DNA of 64,000 nucleotides from Minutocellus sp. GHC0000111 (Eukaryota): positions 1,550,001 to 1,614,000 of the forward strand of contig OZ361259.1 in assembly GCA_977018835.1 (NCBI GenBank). Reading direction: 5' to 3'. The translations under genes were made by a program, and so were the position numbers. This document shows positions 49,301 through 61,090 of this stretch, piece after piece. How positions within the stretch are numbered: position 1 is the stretch's first letter; each line of letters starts with the position of its first letter. The notes beneath the pieces were generated by a model that had not been told where the DNA came from, searched no databases, and saw nothing but the letters and a program-made list of their open reading frames with translations.

Positions 49301-51106
49301 ATGAAACTCTCCACCGCCCTCATCCTCCTCACCCTCGGTGCCGCTGAGGCCCGTGCTGGAACTCGACGTGCTCGCCGCCGCGCTGAGGATGCCGCCGCTG
49401 ACGTGGCCGCAATCGCCGATTCTGACCTGGTCGAAGCCGACAGCGGCAACGGCGGAGGCATGAGCGGCTGCGACGAAGACGAAGTCGGTGGGATCGTGAC
49501 CATCAACTATACCAGTGGAAGCATCGATTACACCGGCCTAAATGGCCTCTCCACGGTCTACAACGGCGGCACTGTTACTGGTATTAACACCGGCATCAAA
49601 AATGGCATCAGCAGCCCCTATCCTACCGGTACTGGTGGCACCGGCTACGGAGGTATTGCCTTCGAGTACAACTCCGACACGGAATCTGTGAAATTCAAGA
49701 GTGCTAACGGCAGCACCTTCGACGAAGATGCCTGCCAGGAGTACGAGAAGATTTGCTACAATGGCTTTGAACGAAAGCTAGACGAAGATGGCGATGTCGT
49801 CAGCGAAGATCGCCGCGGCCGCAATGATTGCGAGGGTAAGGATACCGTCCTCTTCTGCCCCATGAGCGAGGGCCAGTCTGCTACTTTCGAGGTTACCGAT
49901 ACTATGCGGTACTGCGATGGTATTCGCAAACTTCAAGACGATGAGGAGGAGGAAGTTACTGAAGACATGAGGCCTAGACTAGCCAAGGCAGGAATCAAGT
50001 TCTACATTACAACTCCCGACAATTCTTGCCCCAATCACGTTTCTTCTATTTCTCAGGTAACTTCCGTTACTCAGGTAACCAAGTTTGCTCAGCCTTCTTC
50101 ATGCTACGGTGAAGATGTGGTTGCCATTCTGCAGTGCGGCCCAACTAGGTCTCGTTTTATCTCGCAGACGTCTGACTGCCTCTACGCCAATGATTGCCTC
50201 GTCAATAACACTGTTAGTATTGGTCCCACCAACGGATTGGGAATCGAACACGCCATCAACCTTGAGCAGTGCGTCATCCGGCGAAAGAGAACCGGTAAGG
50301 GCGCCAAGAAGGCAAATGTAGCCGTGGGTGGCGGCGGACGCCATCTCGCTGTTGTTGAGGCGCGCAACATCATCAATGCCATCTTCGGCGATCTCAATGG
50401 CTCCTTCTTCGACTTCTTCGAGAAGGATAACATCATTCCCAAGGACGCTGTCGATACGCTGAGGAAGATGAGCGAGCGCAAGTACTCCGTCGACGAGTTC
50501 GATCCCAAGGCCCCTCATCATCAGCAGGAGTTCCGCATCGGAAGCAATCTGACCCCAGAGCGTCTTGCCTTCTACGAGCTTTCGGGCGAGAAGCTTATCG
50601 ATGCCATCGGGAAGGACAGCTCCAAGGCCATCCTCGATTTCGTCCACGAATCGTTCGGTGCAACCGCCTCCGTGTCCAAGATTAGTCTGCAGCATGCCAA
50701 CATGGAGCAGCAGATGTTTATCTCCCCTCACATGGACGGGAAGGACACTGCCCTGGTCTTTTTGGGAGGGAGCGATGCCAACGTTGTTTACCTGAACGAA
50801 AAAGAAGGCAGCGCCGAGGCTCAGACATATCCCGGCAAGGCCCTGGCCCACGGCGCCTACACGGTCCACAGTGAGTATCATCAGCGGCGTTCGTTGTGAA
50901 TATGTTTGTATGGATTTTGTCTTGTCCCGAAGTATCGATTCAAAAACGCTCACACACAATGCACTTTCTCTGTTGATATCAAATTTCGCCATTCTCTTCT
51001 TTCTTTGCACACAGAGTCCACGGACTTCATTGGCCACCGTCACGTCCTAGAGATCCAGACGAAGCAGGGTGGTGCCGACTGCCTCCTCTCAAAGCTTTTG
51101 AACTAA
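49301..51106 (+). CDS. Secreted protein with C-terminal 2OG-Fe(II) oxygenase-like domain
   Basis: Signal peptide MKLSTALILL; intron 50871-51014; PHMDG...TVHKS...GHRHVL gives an HxD..H..R pattern. Confidence 0.65.
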
Positions 51107-52068
51107 TCAAGATGAGATCACCTGACGCCTCCTTGTTGAGAGGAGCACATCCAGCTAGCTAGACAGAGAGATTTCGTTTTGCCTTCTTGTCGGCTGATAT
51201 GTGCACTTTGCCAATTCAATTCGATTCGGCTCGGATTGGTACCACCAGTTTCTTTCGTTGCCAATAGCGTTACTAATCGCATGATAGCCACCCAATAAAA
51301 ATAAAGAAGCATGTGCCAGGCAGCATGCATTAAAAAAAAAGAAATTGAATTCAGCATCGCAAGTGCTCGAGGGATTGAAACACCCTGCAGAGACCACTAC
51401 TGGTTCCTACTACCGGAGCTTCGCCATACTATGTACAGTGTGGTGTCGCTGCTCCTCATAATCATATTCATGTCGTCTTTGCCTTTTCTTCAGCCGACGC
51501 CCTGATCGCTGACATCGAGCGCATACATGAAGCAGCAGCAAGTACATCTGTACTACTAGAGTAGCTACGTACGTAGCTAGTACGAACTCGTAGGCCTACA
51601 TGCTGTAAGTGAAAGTCGCCTTTCCGGGTTTCTCTGCACCAGCCGGCTCTTTCCGTTGGACAGCCAATCTCACGAAATCAACGAAGTCACCAGTCAAAGT
51701 CGAGCCATTTAGATTCACCGACACCTCCCCCCTCGATTTGCCTCGAACTGCCCGGCAGAAGGGATAACCCAAACAAGGCCAAGCCCTCTTGCATCGAAAC
51801 AGAGTTCATAGTCCAAAAGGATCTGATCTGTTTGCTGGTCGAAGCGGCCACGTCTGTTTCCGAGCCGTATCTTTCGACTCTCTCCGCAAAAGATCTTTTG
51901 GGGGGCCACTTCTGTGACGTTCGAAGATTAGATTGAAATAGCCCCGCATCCCTTTACCCGACGTACTAGTACTGCCGGTCAATCCATAATTTATTGCGGA
52001 CGCCCGGTTTGTGCGACGGACTTGGTTGGTATAATTCCATTATAAGCACGCCATCCCAAACGAACAAA

Positions 52069-53871
52069 ATGAAGATGGTGGCACATAACATGCCGCTGCT
52101 GGTCAGTACAGTCATTGTCCTGGGCCTACTTTCTGTAGGCAAAGCGAAGAAGCTGGACGACATCGCCATCGAGGCCTTTGAGGAGGAACGATATCAGGAC
52201 ATTGTCAAGCAAGTCCCAGATGAGATCGGGATCGATCCCAAGGAAGCCTACGAGGCGGAGATGCGAATGGCGAGTTTGGAAAATTTCTCAGATGTCGGTG
52301 ATGGTGATGCCACCTTCGCCGGAGACGTGTCGGGCCGTCGATTGAGGGCACTTATGGACATTTTTGATACTAGTACAGGTGCGCCTGATGCTGTCGCGGG
52401 CGGCACAACTCGCAATTTAGGAGGAAGGAAATCCGAGAGCAAACGAAAGAAGAGTCTGTTCAAGAAGAAGTCATCTTCCAAGAAGAAGTCATCTTCCAAA
52501 AAGAAGTCATCGTCCAAAAGCAAGAAGCAGAAAAAGGACAGTGATGCCAGCGACACTTCAAAGAGTAAGAGCAAGAAAAAGTCCCAGAAAAAGAGCTCGT
52601 CTTCTTCTACGGACGACAAGTCGAAGAAGCGCAAGAAAAAGTCCAGTAGCAGCACAGATGACGATTCCAAATCCAAATCGAAAAAGGACAAGAAAAGCGA
52701 CAGCGATAGTAATAGTAGCAAGTCGAAAAAGAAATCGACCAGAAAGTCGGATAGCGACAGCAGTACCGAGTCGAAAAGCAAGAAAAAGGACAAGAAGTCA
52801 ACGAAGGACTCGAAGGATAGCAAGGTGAGCTGATCGTTTGAGCATATGATTGCTTTTATCTGACGTGCATTGGCAAACTGAGTTTGTTGATACGAACTCT
52901 CATACGGTCCACTGATACATCTCACACATTTGTTGAAAATATTTATCTCTAACACCTCGCAGAGCAAAAAAGAAAGCAAATCAAAGAAAAAGAGCAGCTC
53001 TAAATCGAAGGATAAGTCCAAGGAAAAGGATAAGTCCAAGGAAAAGGACAAGTCCAAGAAGGATGGCGACGACGATGGTGACGACGACGAGAAGAAGAAG
53101 AATTCGGGTGGATCGGCTGCCGATGAGCCTACAATGGAGCCTGAACCCACGTCGGAGCCGGGTAGCTTGGAGCCAACGATGTCAGGTACTCCAGGAAGCA
53201 TCGAGCCAACTCTCGATGGGCCAGGCCGATTCCCAACCTTTGATCCTACCAATGAACCACCGGATCCACCGGTTGATAACACCCCGAGCCCGACACAGGC
53301 CCCAGTAGAGCAGGCCGAAACACCATCGCCGACGCAAGCACCTGTCGCTGGCAGAGGTACTGATGCCCCGACTGCAGCTCCGGTTGCAGGTACTCAAGCG
53401 CCTGTGGCAGAAACGAGCGCTCCTACAGCAGCCCCAGTCGCTGCAACACAAGCGCCTGTAGCAGCAACAAGTGCTCCAACAGCAGCCCCTGTAGCGGCAA
53501 CGGCAGCACCAGTTGCTGCGACTGGAGCACCAACGGCAGCTCCTGCGGCCACAACAGCTGCCCCGGTAGCGGCAACCGCTGCTCCAACATCGGCCCCGGT
53601 GGCAGCAACCGCAGCCCCAGTGGCTGGAACTACAGCTCCAACTGATGCCGCATCCTTCTCGGCCTCATTTTCATCGTCCTTTTCGTTCTCATCTAGTTTC
53701 AGCGTGCCGGCCAGACAAAGGGAGAGGAGAAAGTTAAGGATTCGACGTGTGGAGGGCGGAAATGCCATGCGAAGGCGGCGGAAATACACGCAGAGGCTGA
53801 ATGACGCTGAACCTGTACATGTCGCCGAGAACGATGATGGCTGGCATGCCGGTAACGTGCATTTGCGATAG
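52069..53871 (+). CDS. Silaffin-like Lys/Ser-rich secreted protein with Thr/Ala/Pro mucin-like repeats
   Basis: Hydrophobic signal; RRL/RNL motifs; long KSSSK/KSKSK tracts; intron 52825-52962; APTAAPVAAT repeats; SFS-rich motif. Confidence 0.75.
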
Positions 53872-54041
53872 TGACTGAGACAAGTACTATTTTGTTACTT
53901 CTTTTTGGCAGATGATAAGGGTTCCTATCCTGTCTCTCTCCAACGAGAATAATATTCCATTCACCTGGGAAAAGGTTCACACTTGGGATACTAGTAAGTT
54001 CAACTGTTACTCTAATAAATTCAATGTTTTATCTTTCTACT

Positions 54042-56063
54042 CTATGAAGAAGCCGTCTGCATCGGTCGGGACTGCAAATTTTGAGACGAGGTTTTCATTT
54101 TCTTGGAATCTTCATTTTTATCGACCAAAAACCCAACGAGGAGAAATCGGCGGCCTGCAGTTATCTTTTGACCTCGATGCCGGAGCTTCCCGGGAAATAT
54201 TAGCGTTTGTCCACGCGACAGGTGCACAGTGGAGTCGATGCACTCGAAGAAAGTGCCACCACCCGAGTAATCTGCACCACAGCCCTCCGATAACGATATA
54301 AGAAATGTCCACTCGCTCTTGTCCGTGTGCGTGTCCAACTTCTGCCTCTCTTTTCGAGTCAAGTCATACTTCACCAAATGTGGCTCTCTGTCATCTAATA
54401 CAAGTTGCCTCTTGTACCGAGGGCGCGCCTCCGGGGCAGAGTCTGGCCTCATTTCCTCCATCGGGGGAGGTTCTTCGACAGCTGTGGCATTGTCTTCGCC
54501 ATTCTTGCCTAAAACAATCGCGCTACCGTCCTCGCTTTCAAGATCAGATCCATCCTCCATGGAAACTTCCTCTTCGTCATCCACGTACGGTTCTTCAAAC
54601 GTTTCCATGATGGTTGCCGTTGCTGTCATGACCGGACCGACACAAACACTTGCAAGATCATCAAACTCTCGGCATCCCAGCGTTTGCTTGGCATATGTGT
54701 ACGCCGCCCAAGTCCCTCTGGAACAATGCTCGGCAACACTAATGATTGATTGGCAATCCCTGTCAGTCAGTCCAATATCGGCTACAAAAATTTTGTGCTC
54801 CTCACTGACGCAGACGATATCGCTGACAGGATCGGCGGCATTGTTTCTAACGGCTTCTCTCGTGAACAGAATGGAAGCGCACCCCTTTGGGTATGTCGGT
54901 ATGTAAGTCTCACGATATCTGGGGGGCGTTTCCATCTTTCGAGAAAGAGCTGCCATGCACTGCGAGTTGGGATGCGGATTGCAATGGCCGCCATAGTAGG
55001 TACGATTGCAAATAAAATCATCATCGGAGTGCATTGGTTTGTCTTTTGACCGACCAAAGAGTCGAAAACGCCGGTGCTTGGAACCTCTAGTTGATATTGT
55101 AGCTGCGTCGGCTGAGTTTGGTAGAAGAAGCAACGAGGTTTCATCGTCATTAGTTAAGGATTGTGGCGATGATGGACTTGAGCTCATGCTGTCCTCAGAA
55201 CGGAGAGGTGACGATGATGTATTCGGGATCTCATCACCATCTTCCAACGTCGATTGATCGTCCGCCACAGAAGCAACTCTAGCGGCATATATCTGAGTTC
55301 CCGCCACGGTGGCCTCGTCCGTCACGTCCAAGCCATGTGTTTCGAGAACTAGAGGATCACGATAAAAGAGCTGCGTCTTTGCAGGCACACGCACGACCAT
55401 AGATGGCTTGGTATCATGCCGGGTCATTCTTCTATTCATTCGTGGAGAGAAGTTTCGCTTCGTTGCAGAGCTTATTTGGGTCTCTTCATCATATTCTTTC
55501 GTATGCACCGGCGCATCTTCTGGCAAAAATGGGGCGGGATCTCCATCCTCAGCAGTCGCAGAGAGAAATTTGAGTACACCAACGCCGCTACTACCACTGC
55601 CGCTGAATTTATCGTCCTCAGTTCTCCGATGAACTGATGAGTCTGCACAAGTGTCAGCGCTATTACTGCTCCGTCTATCGCGGACGTAGCTCAACAGTCT
55701 GCGGCGTGACTTGTCTTTCACCGCCTCCCCACTGGCTTGCTGTTGGCCAAAATCTTCGCCACGTGATCGCGACCGACGACTTATGCCCCCAAGGATTGGC
55801 TGATTTGGAGGCACAGCTGAGGCCGGTGGCGGATCGGCATACAGCTCTGGCGTAGGCGGTCCATCGATGTTTGATGGTAGAGTTGGCACGGCACTCTGCG
55901 TTGGACTTTCATCGATTCCATGTGATGACTGGCCATCTTTTCCGCCGAACTGCACAGAATTCTGTTGCCGATTTGAAGATGATTTGCTGGATTTGTACGG
56001 ATGCCGGGGTTGGTTAACGGCGACACCAGCAGACCCGAGGCAAGAAGAGGGTGATTGTCCCAT
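54042..56063 (-). CDS. 2OG-Fe(II) dioxygenase (P4H/PLOD-like C-terminal domain)
   Basis: LVKYD..KLDTHTDKSEWTFLISL...GGGTFF...LRHRGQKITAGRRFLLVGF; MGQSPSSC lipidation-like N-terminus. Confidence 0.85.
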   Translation of the reverse strand: MGQSPSSCLGSAGVAVNQPRHPYKSSKSSSNRQQNSVQFGGKDGQSSHGIDESPTQSAVPTLPSNIDGPPTPELYADPPPASAVPPNQPILGGISRRSRSRGEDFGQQQASGEAVKDKSRRRLLSYVRDRRSSNSADTCADSSVHRRTEDDKFSGSGSSGVGVLKFLSATAEDGDPAPFLPEDAPVHTKEYDEETQISSATKRNFSPRMNRRMTRHDTKPSMVVRVPAKTQLFYRDPLVLETHGLDVTDEATVAGTQIYAARVASVADDQSTLEDGDEIPNTSSSPLRSEDSMSSSPSSPQSLTNDDETSLLLLPNSADAATISTRGSKHRRFRLFGRSKDKPMHSDDDFICNRTYYGGHCNPHPNSQCMAALSRKMETPPRYRETYIPTYPKGCASILFTREAVRNNAADPVSDIVCVSEEHKIFVADIGLTDRDCQSIISVAEHCSRGTWAAYTYAKQTLGCREFDDLASVCVGPVMTATATIMETFEEPYVDDEEEVSMEDGSDLESEDGSAIVLGKNGEDNATAVEEPPPMEEMRPDSAPEARPRYKRQLVLDDREPHLVKYDLTRKERQKLDTHTDKSEWTFLISLSEGCGADYSGGGTFFECIDSTVHLSRGQTLIFPGKLRHRGQKITAGRRFLLVGFLVDKNEDSKKMKTSSQNLQSRPMQTASS

Positions 56064-56592
56064 ATTTTACAATCTGTCAATCTTATCGCAAGGAGTCAAT
56101 AATTGATTGGAACCGACCTCTCAGTTCGTGGTTGGATTGGAAAAGAACTTTTTTGCAGGACTGCAAGGAGGACGTCCGAGCAAGTTAAGTTCTGTTGCGG
56201 CGATCAATCGGCGAGATGATCAGAGCGAAGTGAAAGCACTCCAGCTATCGCTTCAGAGGCCTCCCTCGCTGCTTTGTTCATAAGAGAGGTAGGGGTTTCT
56301 TGAGAGAGAGCACACATACATACGACCGGCCGCTTCGGTTCCTCTCTTCGCGAGAAGTCTTCAAAAAAGGGGCTTCGCTGCAAGTGTGAGTCGCGAAGAG
56401 TTTTTGGAATCCATTGAAAAGCTTAGTGATAATGACAGGAAAGCTATTTTTGGCAACAGTTACCACCGCGAAGCTCTCATTGCCTTTGGCGTTCCAATTA
56501 GAGACAGCGACTGGCCGAACGGGCCAATAGATCAGGCGGCTGGTTACGACTCTTGAAAATAATATGAGGATTTGGATAGAGTTATACAGGGT

Positions 56593-57336
56593 TTACTCCA
56601 ACAATGTAACATCAAAACAAAGAGTAGCATACGGAGGCACTACCACCTCTCCCGTCGATTTCCTCAGCCCCTCCCTGCCATAGGCAAAATCACAACGTGC
56701 CACAATCTGTGCCGTATCTCCCACCTTCATCGTTGGCAACACCAGCTCAAATGCCTTGATGGCCTTGCCCTTCCCCAACGGGAATGTGAACGGTTTGCCC
56801 AACTTCTTGCTACTGTCAAATTCACTTCCCACCTCATACGCCTCCTTCTTCAGATTCCGTGCCGCCATGCACAGCTTCTTGCACTTGATCTTGTTGTCCA
56901 CCGCCAGTGCCGTGGTGACAAACTGCTCGGTGAAGAAGGTGTCGTCCATCAATTTGTCGCCATCGATATCAAACTCGACAAACAGCTTGGGTGCCAATGC
57001 ATCCAGCCCCTGCTGCTCCGGTAGCCACGCATCGACGACGTCTTGTGCCGACCAATCTCGTTCGGCGAGGGTGCCGACGTAATCTACCGATACTGGATCA
57101 CCGGGCGATGGTGACGCGGCATCGGCATTTGGAGAGGCGGTGAGGGTGCGCATCTTGACGGCACCGTCGTCGGAGAGGTTGGTCCATTCGTCGGCATTTT
57201 CGGCATCCCCGTTGGCGCTTGCGTAAAGGGCGACGTGATGGCTGGCATGTGCCGCTTCTGGCAAAGCTGGCACAAATGCCAGAGACTGCACGGCCATGCA
57301 GAGCAGGGCAGATGCTACGAAAAGTGATTTCATCAT
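56593..57336 (-). CDS. Plastid-targeted FKBP-type peptidyl-prolyl isomerase
   Basis: Signal + SLA-FVP; VSVDYVGTL...FDSS..PFTFPLGKG..I...MKVG...AYG...VPPYATLCFDVTLL. Confidence 0.9.
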   Translation of the reverse strand: MMKSLFVASALLCMAVQSLAFVPALPEAAHASHHVALYASANGDAENADEWTNLSDDGAVKMRTLTASPNADAASPSPGDPVSVDYVGTLAERDWSAQDVVDAWLPEQQGLDALAPKLFVEFDIDGDKLMDDTFFTEQFVTTALAVDNKIKCKKLCMAARNLKKEAYEVGSEFDSSKKLGKPFTFPLGKGKAIKAFELVLPTMKVGDTAQIVARCDFAYGREGLRKSTGEVVVPPYATLCFDVTLLE

Positions 57337-57802
57337 CGTTTCGCTACTATCAATTCAACAGACGAGCAGAGTTGCAAGTGCCGATACGTCGCCGCCAAAA
57401 AAGCAATGAAAAAAAGTTCAATTGACGAATGTAGCCCGACAATTCGGAGTGTTGAAGAGACCTCTCATATCATCCTCTGCTAAACCGATCTTGATCTTGA
57501 AATCGAATGCACATCTTGTGTTGGTTCTTCGCTCGCCCATATCTCGGACCAGAACCCGCACCTCCTCTTTGCTGATAACCGGCGAGGAGATACTGCATTC
57601 GTTAGAGGACATCTCGAGGACGAAACGCCATTGCTCGTCGGCGTATCTTTTGCATCGCCGCCGTCGGTACCGTCGTTCTTCGCTTCTTTTTGAAGGAGCC
57701 CCATAAATCTTTCACATCCATTTGTTTTTGATTCATTCTTGTCAAATAATACTTACCGGTACCGGCACCTGACATTTACCTGCAATACCTACTAACAAAA
57801 CC

Positions 57803-59026
57803 ATGGTCCTCAACCTCAAACCGGCAACGGCCCTGGTGGCCCTCCTCACCGCCGATGCCCTCTCCCTGACCGCCGCCGAACGGGCTCGTCGGGAGCAGTT
57901 CCTGGCAGCAGCAGGTAGCGACAACAAGAAGGAGCGGATGGCGTCGAACCTTGTGCTGGATGCGGAATTCCACCGGGCCATGCTGGCCAACTCGGCCGCC
58001 CCCGAAGCCGCCAACAAACCTCTCATGGTGCAGTTGACCGGTGCTCGAGGAGGTGCCGGCGGTGTCCGCGAAAAGTTTGCCGAGCAGCCGCGCATCCAGC
58101 GCCTTTTGGCCAACATCCGTCGCAAGCGGGCGCTGGCCGGCACCGTCCAGCGCGGTGTTGACAAGGCCGGCGAGGAGACGGCCAAAGTCGATACTGAGAT
58201 TGAGGAGATTCCGGCAGAGAAGGAGGATGAAATGTTGGAGCTCATGGAGTGCTCCCTCGACGCTGACGGTGGTGATCTGCCCGAGGAGGAAATTGAAGAC
58301 GTCGGCCTACTCTCTGCCGGTGCCGGTACTGGCTGCGACGACGGATATGCCTGCGTCGCTTCCGACGAGTCCACCCTCGGCGGCCTGTGCACACCCACCC
58401 CCACCACCGTTGCCACCGCCCGCTCCCTCCAGGGATACTGCCCCACCGGCTGTCCCGCCAAGGTGTGCGAATGCTACGAAAACTACGACATCGAAAATCC
58501 GGACTGCATCGACGCCCTGGTCGAATCCTGCCGGGACGGATCGTACGTCAACTACTGCGGCCCCACCGACAAGCTCGAGCAGGCCTACGCCCAGGCCTAC
58601 TGCGATGCCTACGTCTGCCTCAGCGACGTCGGCCTGACCGACGCCGGCGACGAAGTGTGCGACGTCACCGACAGCCGCTGCACCGGCTGCTACTGCACCC
58701 TGTACTCCAGCCTGTGCAACATCTTCGAGCCCATCTGCCAGCAGGGCAGCGACGCCTACGTCTGCTACGACATCGACTACGCCTGCTCCATGAGGGATTG
58801 CTGCGCCGAGTTCGGGGCCGACGATTGCGTCGGGGACATGATGGTCAGCTACATTTTCACCCCGTCCCCCGGAAGTGGTGGGGTTCCGATCGGTGGTCAG
58901 CCCACCGACATGGACGACTCCACCAGTGGCGCCGGGTCGGATCTGTTGATGTCCGGTGGTGGGAGGTATGCGTTGCTCGGAGCCTCGGCGGTTGCGGCCG
59001 CCGGAATTGCCCAGACACTGTTCTAA
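57803..59026 (+). CDS. Secreted Cys-rich surface protein, possibly GPI-anchored
   Basis: Signal peptide, CDDGYACV..STLGGLC motif, RSLQ site, Cys-rich body, S/G-rich spacer and hydrophobic C-terminus. Confidence 0.8.
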   Translation: MVLNLKPATALVALLTADALSLTAAERARREQFLAAAGSDNKKERMASNLVLDAEFHRAMLANSAAPEAANKPLMVQLTGARGGAGGVREKFAEQPRIQRLLANIRRKRALAGTVQRGVDKAGEETAKVDTEIEEIPAEKEDEMLELMECSLDADGGDLPEEEIEDVGLLSAGAGTGCDDGYACVASDESTLGGLCTPTPTTVATARSLQGYCPTGCPAKVCECYENYDIENPDCIDALVESCRDGSYVNYCGPTDKLEQAYAQAYCDAYVCLSDVGLTDAGDEVCDVTDSRCTGCYCTLYSSLCNIFEPICQQGSDAYVCYDIDYACSMRDCCAEFGADDCVGDMMVSYIFTPSPGSGGVPIGGQPTDMDDSTSGAGSDLLMSGGGRYALLGASAVAAAGIAQTLF

Positions 59027-59395
59027 GGATGAGAGAGTTGCGCCAGAGTTTCTTCTAAAATGGCTCTTACGTGTATTGTTGCACCGTAATTCCAGTTACC
59101 GGTAGATCCAAAGGTTCAATATATGTGTAGAAATTATTAATGGACAATAATGCATGAGAATAGAATAAACGAAAGATCCCCGGCAGAGGTTTTCATCCTG
59201 CTTGCTTGCTTATCTTCCTCTCTCCTCTCTCTTCAGTTTTTTTCGATTTTGCCGCCGCGGGATTTGTGAAGATTTCGCAGCTTGTGCTGCTTGACGACCA
59301 AGCAATCTTCAGCAAGTGGTGCAAATTCTGCTGACCTCACATTTGACGCCGTGCGTAGCCGCGTGCCAAGCAAACCAAAAGATACGGCTGCCACC

Positions 59396-60580
59396 ATGGC
59401 CCCCAATATCAAGCCAGCGACGGCCTTTCTTGCGCTCCTTTCCGCCGATGCCCGCTCTCTAACGGATGCCGAACACTCGCGCCGAGTGGAACCCCTTGGC
59501 GGCAGTGCATCTGAGAACGCGAAACAGGACATCGGCCGACTTGTGCGCAATGTAGATGCCGAGTTCACGGCCGGTAGCGACGGAGAAGGAGGTGCCAGCG
59601 ACGGCATGGTGACGAAGCAGCTTGGTGGCGGCGGCGGCGTTCGGTCGTTGTCAGGTAATGCCAGGGAAAGGTTTGTACAACAGCCGCGAATTCAGCGACT
59701 GCTCGAGGATATCAAGCGCAAGAGGGAACTGACCGGTACCGTCAAGCGAGGCATAAACGAGCAGAAAGATGACACGTCCCTCGTCGAGTGTTCCCTTGAT
59801 GTCGAATTGCTCGAGGGAGGAGAATTCGATGGCGCCGAGAAAGATATTGAAGATGTCGGCCTACTCGGCAAATGTGACCACGGATATGCTTGCGTCGCCT
59901 CCGAAGCCTCCAAGAGGTTTGTGCTCCCCTGTCTCAGACGCTGCATCTAGTCTACCGAACGCACCCTCCAGCAGCCAAAGGACGAGTGCCTCCCGGGATG
60001 TCCTGCCGAGGTGTGTGAGTGTCTCGCCATGGGCCCAAATGACGAGGGGTACGATTACGATGCCTGCCTTGAAGCCACTGTCGATTCCTGCCGCGACGGA
60101 TCGTACCTTGCCTGCCAGCCAATCAACAACTCGGTGGAGGATGCATACACTCAGGTATTCTGCGACGCGAACATTTGCGTGGCTGATAACGGTTTGCTGA
60201 CGGGTGCAGTGCCGGACAAGTACACCTACGGCGAGTGTGCCTGCGCCCAATATGTCAGTTACTGCGCCAACTTCCGTCCCATCTGTGAGGCCGAAGGGAT
60301 GAGCACCGGTGCCTACAACGTGTTCGTGTGCGATGAGGGGGTCCTCGACGCAGTTTGCGAGATTGCTGAATGCTGCGAAAACGGCGGGAGCAGCGCCGAG
60401 TGCTTTAGTTACAGCTTCGCGCCCACCCCCGAGGGCAGCTTCGTGCCAACATCTTCGCCTCTCGACGGCGACGATGGATCTTCCACCGGGCCTCCAAGTG
60501 ATGCTGCAAAACTAACCATTGCAAATGCTTTCCTTGGAACCTTGGTGGCTGTAGCTGGCCTTATTCAGTCACTGGTTTAG
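59396..60580 (+). pseudogene. Tandem paralogue of 57803-59026 with two frameshifts
   Basis: Shares NxKPAT.., QPRIQRLL.., ECSLD, EDVGLL and SCRDGSY. GLCSPVSDAAS is in a shifted frame between ~59914 and ~59950, giving a TAG at 59948-59950 in the main frame. Confidence 0.75.
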
Positions 60581-61090
60581 GAATTCCTTGAAGATCAGCG
60601 AAATGCGTTTTAATAATCAAGTAACACACATGTGGTGTGCCATAATAATGTACTTCGGATATCTGTTGATGGATGAAAGTTGGTGGAAGGAATGAGTTGC
60701 TCGGAGCCTTATCGTACATGTATCCAGAGACCAAAGAATATGACATATATGTGTAGCGTAGAATTCCATAAAATCTGTCAGTAAACGAGGCAAAATGATC
60801 AAATGGATCCATAATCTACTGGAGACTCCCTTTTCATATCTCTCTCGATCCAATCTGATCTCTCGCCTCCTTCTTTTGTCAGTCGAGCGAGTCTTTCTCG
60901 TTAAACATCTTCTGGCCGCCGTCCGTCGGAACGTGCCCGAATTCGATTTTCCTGACTTGTTTGGCTTCATTCTTGGCGAAGCCGAAGGGTGAAGGAAGCT
61001 CGAGACTTGAGGCGTATCCTCTTGTGTGCTACCACGTTGCCTTTGACATCCTCTTATTAATTTCCTTTAGAATCCATAATAATACTCGCA

